Below, one piece after another: positions 57,025-64,000 of a stretch of 64,000 bases of DNA (position 1 is the stretch's first letter; every line of letters begins with the position of its first letter). Below the pieces are notes generated by a model that worked only from the letters and a program-made list of their open reading frames with translations, ran no database searches and was not told the origin of the DNA. A program made the position numbers and the translations under genes. Origin of the DNA: an uncultured delta proteobacterium (GTDB taxonomy: Bacteria > Desulfobacterota > RBG-13-43-22); contig CAWDKY010000027.1 of the NCBI GenBank assembly GCA_963802945.1, forward strand, positions 1 to 64,000, written 5' to 3'.

Positions 57025-58170
57025 ATGAAATATACTCGAAAAAACATGCAGGAGATATTGGATCATTTGGCGTCGCGAACGGACACAGACGCCAATAGAA
57101 TCAAACGGCTCATGCAAATGCCGGATCTTTCCGGACGTCCCAATACCCCTGTTTACCACATTGTTGAAGCCGTCAAGAAGGCTGAGTCTTTAGAAAACCA
57201 TGACCTGGTTGAATTTCCGGAAATCGTTTCAGTCGAAGAGAACTTCGATCTGCTGGGAACACCCCCGGAACATCCCAGCCGAAGACCAAGTGATACTTTC
57301 TATCTAGATGATCATAATCTATTGCGAACCCAGACCACAACCATGTGGTCTTTTTATCTGAAAGATCCTGCCAACCTGAGGAGACTGGAAAAAGACGGGA
57401 GATTGTTGTCCCTTTCCTATGGGAAGGTATACCGCAACGATGAGATCGACCGATATCATTACCCGGTCTGGCACAATCTGGATGGGTTGTGCATCAGTAA
57501 GACCTCTGAAAAGGAGTTCAACCTGGTTGACTTGGTCAGCGTTCTGGTTGATGTCACCAAGAGTATTTACGGACGGGAAATCAAATGGGGAATGGAATAT
57601 AGCTCCTTTCCTTTTACCGACCCAAGTATTGAAATACAGATCGAATGGCAAAATGAACGAGTGGCGGTCCTGGGCGCAGGTATTGTCCATAAAAAAGTGC
57701 TGTCGCTTTTAAATATCGATCCTGACCATTATAACGGCTGGGCCTTTGGATTGGGTCTGGATCGTCTGGCCATGATCAGAATGAATATTCCGGATATCCG
57801 TATTCTCTGGTCCGAAGATGACAGGATAACCAAACAATTCAATAGCATTGACAGCATTTTCAGGGAAGTAAGCCAGTATCCCTCGACGGACAGAGACATC
57901 TCCATGGTGGTGTCGAAAGAAGTTCCGGTGAAGGCGATCTACGGCCTTATTAGAGACTGCGGCCATTATCAGAACGAGGATATCATCGAGGAAGTAAAAC
58001 TCGTTGATACGTATGCGGATGATGAAAAATTCGGAAATGGAAATATAAGCCATACCTTTAGAATTCGATACCGTTCCTTGGCCAGGACCTTAGAAAATTC
58101 GGAAATAAATAATGTTCAGGAGCTTCTCAGGAATAAAGTTAAAACCGAGTTTAATGTGCTTCTTCGATAG
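57025..58170 (+). CDS. Single-chain (mitochondrial-type) phenylalanyl-tRNA synthetase: catalytic domain + FDX-ACB
   Basis: ENFDLL, HPSRRPSDTFY, LLRTQTT, GKVYRNDEIDRYHYP, FPFTDPS and GWAFGLGLDRLAM, then SQYPSTDRDIS..EEVKLVD..FRIRYRS..RTL anticodon-binding domain. Confidence 0.85.
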   Translation: MKYTRKNMQEILDHLASRTDTDANRIKRLMQMPDLSGRPNTPVYHIVEAVKKAESLENHDLVEFPEIVSVEENFDLLGTPPEHPSRRPSDTFYLDDHNLLRTQTTTMWSFYLKDPANLRRLEKDGRLLSLSYGKVYRNDEIDRYHYPVWHNLDGLCISKTSEKEFNLVDLVSVLVDVTKSIYGREIKWGMEYSSFPFTDPSIEIQIEWQNERVAVLGAGIVHKKVLSLLNIDPDHYNGWAFGLGLDRLAMIRMNIPDIRILWSEDDRITKQFNSIDSIFREVSQYPSTDRDISMVVSKEVPVKAIYGLIRDCGHYQNEDIIEEVKLVDTYADDEKFGNGNISHTFRIRYRSLARTLENSEINNVQELLRNKVKTEFNVLLR

Positions 58171-58287
58171 CGGAGTAAATGAGAGACCTGATTTTGATGG
58201 AATTCTAAAAATAGGGGAAGTGTATCTATTCCCCACGATTCAGAAAATAACTTGACATGCTGACCATTTTCGTATAAAATGGCCGCC

Positions 58288-59496
58288 ATGATAACCAGAA
58301 ATCTGCAACAAGAAATTAAAGAATTAATGGCTCAAAAGCGATCTGTTTTCTTGTTTGGACCGAGGCAGACCGGCAAGACCACTCTCTTGACCGAAATCAG
58401 CTCCCTTTATCAAAAGGTCCTGGATTATTCTTTCTTAAATGTTTCCTTAAAATTAAAGGCCGAACAACAGCCCCAGTTTATCCGGCAGGAAGTTGAAGCC
58501 GCCAAGCCGGATCTGGTGATCATCGATGAAATACAGAAGGTCCCGGATATTCTTGATGAGATTCAATGGATGATCGATAAATCCAAGTTCGTTTTTGCCG
58601 TCACCGGATCATCCGCCAGAAAATTAAAAAGAAAAGGGGTCAATTTACTGGCCGGACGGGCCGTGACCTTTCATCTGGACCCGTTTGATATTTCCGAGAG
58701 AAAGCGAGCCATTCCGGATTTAAAAGGTAAGGATCATCTGGAAAAAATATTAACCTATGGGGATTTACCTGAAATCACCCTCCTGGTGACTCAGAAAAAG
58801 ATTAAGCTGGTGGAAAACCTGTTGCGTTCTTATGTAGAAACTTTCCTGGAAGAAGAAATCCGGATGGAAACCTTGGTCAGAAAAATAGGTCTTTTTGGGA
58901 ACTTCCTGCGAATGGCGGCTGAAATGTCCGGGAGGATACTCAGTTTCAGGGAACTTTCGCAGGACATCGGGGCCAGTCATCAGACCATTTCCTCTTTTTA
59001 CAGCATCCTAAACGACTGCTTGGTGGTCGAACCCATTCCCCCTCTGCTGTCGTCTTCCACCCGGCGAAGGCTATCGAAGGCCACTAAATTTATTTTTTTT
59101 GATTTGGGAGTTCGAAATGCCTCAGCGGGTCTACTGACGGATAAGGGTATTACGTCCGAAGAGTGGGGAAACCGCTTTGAACAGTGGGTTGGCCTTTCCC
59201 TGATTCGATATTTCCGGAGCCGAAATCTGAAAGGTGCAGTCTATTACTGGCGGGATCATAACGGTCCGGAAATCGATTGGATTGTAGAAACCCATAACCG
59301 CTGGATCCCGGTGGAAGTGAAGTGGACCGACCGCCTCCTGCCGAAACACTGGAAATATTTAAGTCAGTTTATCCGGGAAAATCCCGGAAAGGCTACTGTT
59401 GGCTACATTATATTTAACGGGGAACGGGCCAGACAAATAGACCGGAATATCATCGCCCTTCCCTGGTTTGAGTTGAATCAAATTTTCAAAGTCTAA
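58288..59496 (+). CDS. AAA_14 ATPase with DUF4143 / PD-(D/E)XK C-terminus
   Basis: GPRQTGKTT, IDEIQK, TGSSARKL, FFDLGV, YYWR..EIDW..VEVK. TTGACA-17-TAAAAT promoter suggests a leaderless start at 58288. Confidence 0.88.
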   Translation: MITRNLQQEIKELMAQKRSVFLFGPRQTGKTTLLTEISSLYQKVLDYSFLNVSLKLKAEQQPQFIRQEVEAAKPDLVIIDEIQKVPDILDEIQWMIDKSKFVFAVTGSSARKLKRKGVNLLAGRAVTFHLDPFDISERKRAIPDLKGKDHLEKILTYGDLPEITLLVTQKKIKLVENLLRSYVETFLEEEIRMETLVRKIGLFGNFLRMAAEMSGRILSFRELSQDIGASHQTISSFYSILNDCLVVEPIPPLLSSSTRRRLSKATKFIFFDLGVRNASAGLLTDKGITSEEWGNRFEQWVGLSLIRYFRSRNLKGAVYYWRDHNGPEIDWIVETHNRWIPVEVKWTDRLLPKHWKYLSQFIRENPGKATVGYIIFNGERARQIDRNIIALPWFELNQIFKV

Positions 59497-59574
59497 TCCC
59501 CACACCCGGCCATCCGACCCCTTTTCTCTAAACTACTATATGTTGGCCTTTCCGCCCTTTGGTTCTCCCTCCTT

Positions 59575-59710
59575 ACTCCGAACTCTGAGCTCTGAACTGT
59601 CTTTATTCTGATTCTCTCAACTCCGAACTATCCTTTCCTGCCTCATCCCTCACCCCTCGTCTTTCTTGTTTTTTCTTTCCTCCGAACTCCGAACCCTGAA
59701 CGCTGAACGT
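59575..59710 (+). repeat. Heptamer tandem repeats (CTCCGAA/CTCTGAA)
   Basis: ACTCCGAACTCTGAGCTCTGAAC...CTCCGAACTCCGAACCCTGAACGCTGAAC. Confidence 0.55.
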
Positions 59711-59727
59711 CTTCGACTTTTGCTCAA

Positions 59728-59847
59728 CTGCACAGAAATTTGTGCAGCGGTGACCAAATAATTGTGCAAATGGACCTCCGGCACCATCACAGGGAAAACC
59801 TAATTAGAAGAAAATATTCATTAATTTATCCTGGCATAGATCCTGCT
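59728..59847 (+). promoter_or_regulatory. sigma54 promoter with upstream enhancer-like palindromes
   Basis: CTGCACA-N6-TGTGCAG (59728-59747), a second half-degenerate site at 59751-59770, an AT-rich tract, and TGGCAT-AGATC-CTGCT at 59832. Confidence 0.55.
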
Positions 59848-60170
59848 ATATAATTTATTATTTTATATATTTTCAGATTAGGTGAGCAGGATCGATAACC
59901 TTAAATTTTGCAAAATCGGGTACTGCCAGGAATTCAAATCAATTTTATTATTGACATCTTAGCTTCCTTTTGGTTGAATTCTGTCACCTTTCGTATCAAA
60001 GTCCTTTCCATTGTAATTTGTGAAGTTAACATTTCCTTGCTTTTGAAGTAAGTATTCCGGCCAAATAGCCGGTTGAAGTGATAGCTGAACAGATAGTCCT
60101 TTTTTCAAGCAAATAAGTCTTAAATTTAAGTGGGGAAGTATCCCCTTATTTCAGATGGAGTTCTTAAATC

Positions 60171-60740
60171 ATGCAGGAAAATGTGATTAAAATTCCAAGG
60201 GAAAGGATTGAACAAATCATTTTATTGATTCGTGGCCAAAAGATTATCATAGATGCGGATTTGGCGACCCTTTATGATGTTGCAACAAAAGTGCTAAATC
60301 AAGCGGTTAAAAGAAATGCAAAGCGATTTCCGTCTGACTTTATGTTCCAATTGACTCCAAAAGAAAAAAACGAACTGGTCACAATTTGTGACCGGTTCCA
60401 AAAACTAAAACATTCTTCGGTCTTGCCGCGAGCATTCACAGAACAAGGTGTTGCAATGCTTTCTACTGTTCTTAACAGCGACCGGGCCATTGCGGTTAAC
60501 ATTGAGATTATGAGGGCTTTTGTCCGACTAAGGCAGATGCTATTAACCCATGCTGAATTGGCCAGAAAGCTTGAGGTTCTGGAACGAAAGTACGATGCCC
60601 ATTTTAAAATGGTATTTGAGGCCATCCGACAACTCATGATTCCGCCGAAGACCCCGAAACGCAAAATCGGCTTTGATCTGAAGGAGGAACAGGCTAGATA
60701 CGGGAAAAGGAAAGACAACAAGGTGGCGCCAAGAAATTAG
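60171..60740 (+). CDS. ORF6N domain DNA-binding protein
   Basis: [45 protein letters not shown] and RKIGF. Confidence 0.9.
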   Translation: MQENVIKIPRERIEQIILLIRGQKIIIDADLATLYDVATKVLNQAVKRNAKRFPSDFMFQLTPKEKNELVTICDRFQKLKHSSVLPRAFTEQGVAMLSTVLNSDRAIAVNIEIMRAFVRLRQMLLTHAELARKLEVLERKYDAHFKMVFEAIRQLMIPPKTPKRKIGFDLKEEQARYGKRKDNKVAPRN

Positions 60741-60972
60741 TATGGATGTCCCCGGATTTCTTTTGTGAAATTTTTATTTCAGGAGGTTAAAAACTTGAGG
60801 TTCCAAGTTGTCTCCTCAAGTTCATTCAATTGGGTCGGAACCTGCTTTGACGGGGTTGAGGATTTAGGTTAGGGATGGGAGTTAGGAAGTAGAATGCAAA
60901 GAAAATAGGCCTGACCCCCGGCCTGCTTATGGACTTATTGTTACGATAAAATAGGCCCTGGAGGATGACGCT

Positions 60973-63144
60973 ATGGAACAGAATATGAAAATAAAGCTTT
61001 TTATTTGCTATTCTCACCAAGATGAGGCTCCTTTTGTTGAGCAATTTAAAAAACATATTTCTCCACTAAAAGACAATGGTTTAGTTGAAGAGTGGTATGA
61101 TCGAAAAATCTTACCTGGTGAAGATTATCAAAATCAGATTGATAATAATTCAGAAGATGCAGATATTATTTGTTTATTTATTTCTGTAAATTTCCTTTTT
61201 TCAGTTAATTGTAAGAAAGAAAAAAAGAAAGCGTTAGAATTAAGAAAAAGGAAAGGAATTTCTGTTATTCCAATCATTTTGTCTCCATGTGGATGGTCAG
61301 ATGATAGGGATATTTCCAAATTGTTGGCCTTGCCCACAGACGGAAAACCGGTCATGAGTTTTCAAAATATGGATGAAGCATGGTATGATGTTTACAATGG
61401 ATTAAAAAAAATAATTAAGAAAGATACAAAGATTAAGCAAATAAAAATAAAAGAAGAATTTGAAAGTTTCTTGCAGGATACAGAAATGCTAACAAAAGCA
61501 CATCCTCAAAAAGAACTGGTTTTTTTAGGTGACATATTTATATATCCTGAGTTAGATAAATTTGATTATTTAAGAGAATACAAAGAAAAAATAAGCTCAG
61601 AAGAATTATTAAAAAACCTTCTTGATTATCCAAAGATTGTTATAGCTGGTGAGACTTTGTCGGGTAAAACGACATTGTGTAAAATGATATTTAAAAAGTT
61701 ACGGAAAATAAATTTTGTCCCTGTTTATGTTTTCGATAATAAAAATCAGTTTAAAGGAAAAATAAAAAATAAAATATTACGCTCATTCCAGGAACAATAT
61801 GAGGGGGTAGAAATAAAGGAAATTGATAGGGAGCGAATAGTTCCGATAATAGATGATTTTCATTTTGCTAAGGATAAAGAAAAGCATATACGAGATTTAT
61901 CCAACTATCTTTACTGTATAATAATTGTTGATGATATTTTTTGTTTGAATATTAAGGATGAAAAACTTATTGGACAATTTAATCCATTTAAAATAAGAGA
62001 ACTAAAACCGTCATTACGGTATGAATTAATTAAAAAATGGGAATTTTTAACAGATAAAAAAACTATTGATAATAATTTCTATGGGGAAATAGACAAAGCC
62101 GTCGAATTAATAGAGTCCACTTTGGGTAAAATCATTGGTAAGGGCGTTATGCCTTCATACCCTTTTTATATTTTATCTGCCATAGTTTCCTATGAGACAT
62201 TTAACACGCCACTTGATCAAGAAATTACATCCCAAGGTTACTGCTATCAGGCTCTTATATATTTTTATTTAAGGAAAGGGGGCGTAAGAAATGATGAGAT
62301 TGATATATACATAAATTTCTTTACAGAAATATCTTTTTACTTCTTTAGAGAAAAGAAAAATGAATTATTGCCCGACGACTTTACCTTATTTATGACGGAG
62401 TATTTAGAGAAATATAACCTTCCAATAAAACAGGAAATACTACTTCAATATTTAAGTCCAATAATTTTGGTAGATAGCTTTAATAATTATTCATTTCGAT
62501 ATAACTACCTTTATTATTTTTTCGTTGCTAAATATCTGGCCGAGCATATTGAGGATCGTGAAATAAAGAACATAATTGAAAAGATAATGCAGAATCTTCA
62601 CATAGATGAAAACGCCTATATTGCGATATTCATAACACATCACTCTAAAAATATCCAGATTTTAGATGAAATTGGACTAAATGCTTTAATTTTTTTCGAT
62701 AAATATAAACCTGCAACTTTGACAAAAGACGAGGTTAAGTTTTTTGATGAACGAGCAGATATTATTATCAAGGCGGCTTTACCTCCTGGCGATACAACAC
62801 CCGAAAAAGAAAGAATGGAAAGATTAAGAATTCAAGATGAGATGGAGCAATCACAAGGAAATGTTGAGAAAAAAGATGATAAAAATAAAAATGATTCTTT
62901 TGGAATAGAATTAAGGGGGGCAATCAGGACAGTTGAAGTTATGGGATATATTATTAAAAACCGAGCCGGGTCATTAGAAAAGACGAAACTTGAAGATATA
63001 TTTAAAGAAGCAATGAATGTTCATTTAAGAATTTTGTCCTCTTTCTTTAAAATTATAGAAAGTGAAGAAAACCAAAAAGGTATAGTTGATTTCATATTAG
63101 AAAGGTTAGATAAAATTATTAAGAAAAAAAAGGGGGAATTATAG
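60973..63144 (+). CDS. TIR domain + STAND-type P-loop NTPase, probably truncated by IS630
   Basis: LFICYSHQD, WYDRKILPG, CKKE (TIR), Walker A GETLSGKTT and Walker B IIDDFH; very AT-rich; the stop is formed at the IS junction. Confidence 0.8.
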   Translation: MEQNMKIKLFICYSHQDEAPFVEQFKKHISPLKDNGLVEEWYDRKILPGEDYQNQIDNNSEDADIICLFISVNFLFSVNCKKEKKKALELRKRKGISVIPIILSPCGWSDDRDISKLLALPTDGKPVMSFQNMDEAWYDVYNGLKKIIKKDTKIKQIKIKEEFESFLQDTEMLTKAHPQKELVFLGDIFIYPELDKFDYLREYKEKISSEELLKNLLDYPKIVIAGETLSGKTTLCKMIFKKLRKINFVPVYVFDNKNQFKGKIKNKILRSFQEQYEGVEIKEIDRERIVPIIDDFHFAKDKEKHIRDLSNYLYCIIIVDDIFCLNIKDEKLIGQFNPFKIRELKPSLRYELIKKWEFLTDKKTIDNNFYGEIDKAVELIESTLGKIIGKGVMPSYPFYILSAIVSYETFNTPLDQEITSQGYCYQALIYFYLRKGGVRNDEIDIYINFFTEISFYFFREKKNELLPDDFTLFMTEYLEKYNLPIKQEILLQYLSPIILVDSFNNYSFRYNYLYYFFVAKYLAEHIEDREIKNIIEKIMQNLHIDENAYIAIFITHHSKNIQILDEIGLNALIFFDKYKPATLTKDEVKFFDERADIIIKAALPPGDTTPEKERMERLRIQDEMEQSQGNVEKKDDKNKNDSFGIELRGAIRTVEVMGYIIKNRAGSLEKTKLEDIFKEAMNVHLRILSSFFKIIESEENQKGIVDFILERLDKIIKKKKGEL

Positions 63145-64000
63145 TGAACGTCTTAAATAAGTGGACATAAAGATTTTATCTTTTGAGGTTTCCATCGTTG
63201 CGACCTTTTAAAGACAGAGACCTCCAGGGTTTCAAGAGTCTCAAAAAAGGCATTCGTTGTTTCCTCATAGCGCATGGTTCGCCAAAGAGTTTCTTGATAA
63301 TTCAGCTCCGGATGGTAGGGCGGAAGATAGTGAAGATGCACTCGACGGTGTTGACTCCGAAAGTGCTCCACCATCTCTCCCCTGTGCCATGGGGCTCGAT
63401 CTATCCAAAGATCGATACTCTTATCTTTGAAACGTATCATGATGCTTTTGAGAAGCCGCATAAAGCCCTCGGTATTGCCCTTCCTCCATTTCATCATGCC
63501 ATGCAGCCCATCAACGGGAGCGACCCATCCAAAGAGATTAAGCCGCTTCTGATGTTGGCTCCGGGTGGAGACGTACGGTTGCGTTCCTTTCTTTACCCAG
63601 ACACGACCCAGCCTCGGATGAAGACTAAACCCGCTTTCGTCCTCAAACAGAATGATTCTTCTTCCTTCGCTCTTTTCGGCCTGGCGGAGTTTTTTTTAAT
63701 TCCCTCTGAAATGCCTCTACCCCTTCCTGGGAAGCCTGAACAAACCGGTACATCGGCTGCCTCAGGGAATACCCCAACTGACGTATCCACCGTTGGGCAT
63801 GGCGGACATGGATGGTTATGCGATGAAAACGCTTCAAATATTCCGTCAAGACCACCCCATCCCACCGGACCCGGGCAATGCCATAGTCTTTCGGAGACTT
63901 GGACAAGACCACGTCCAGTTCCCTCTTCAAGCGATCATCCAAGTGGGAAGGCCGGCCAGGGCGAAATCGATCGCGGACAGCCCCAATTCCCTCCTCGTTG
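63144..64000 (-). mobile_element. IS630-family insertion sequence (runs off the window)
   Basis: HTH ORF (63643-63942) and DDE ORF (FEDESGF, WIDRAPWH, LPPYHPELNYQE) linked by an A8 slippery run near 63690-63697; TA target at 63142-63143. Confidence 0.88.

Overview
64-kb bacterial chromosomal window whose gene content and order suggest a Desulfobacterota/deltaproteobacterial genome (inference). Core blocks are phoH-pgpH-ybeY-pdxJ; bioB with a BirA site; thioesterase-apgM-hom-alaC; trxA-trxB-bamD; two tRNA-Ser; cvpA-mazG; a TetR-RND-TolC pump; arfB; and a thiolase. Accessory DNA lies between them: IS1380, IS1634 and IS630 elements; a RelBE-like toxin-antitoxin locus hit by two IS; a GT4/GH130 glycan cluster; a secreted-protein cluster; an S53/patatin region with attC-like remnants; a HEPN-motif protein; and a TIR-STAND NTPase cut by IS630. 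Many otherwise intact genes carry single frameshifts, most likely long-read indel errors rather than true pseudogenes. The most notable signals are: (1) a single-chain, mitochondrial-type PheRS with divergent active-site motifs behind an unannotated Phe-rich leader peptide; (2) a ~135-bp promoter/structured-leader/terminator module present twice in front of unrelated genes; (3) a plant-type galacturonokinase-like GHMP kinase coupled to a sugar-1-phosphate nucleotidyltransferase; and (4) scattered attC-like sites with no integrase in the window. All family assignments come from motif recognition by eye; no database searches were run.
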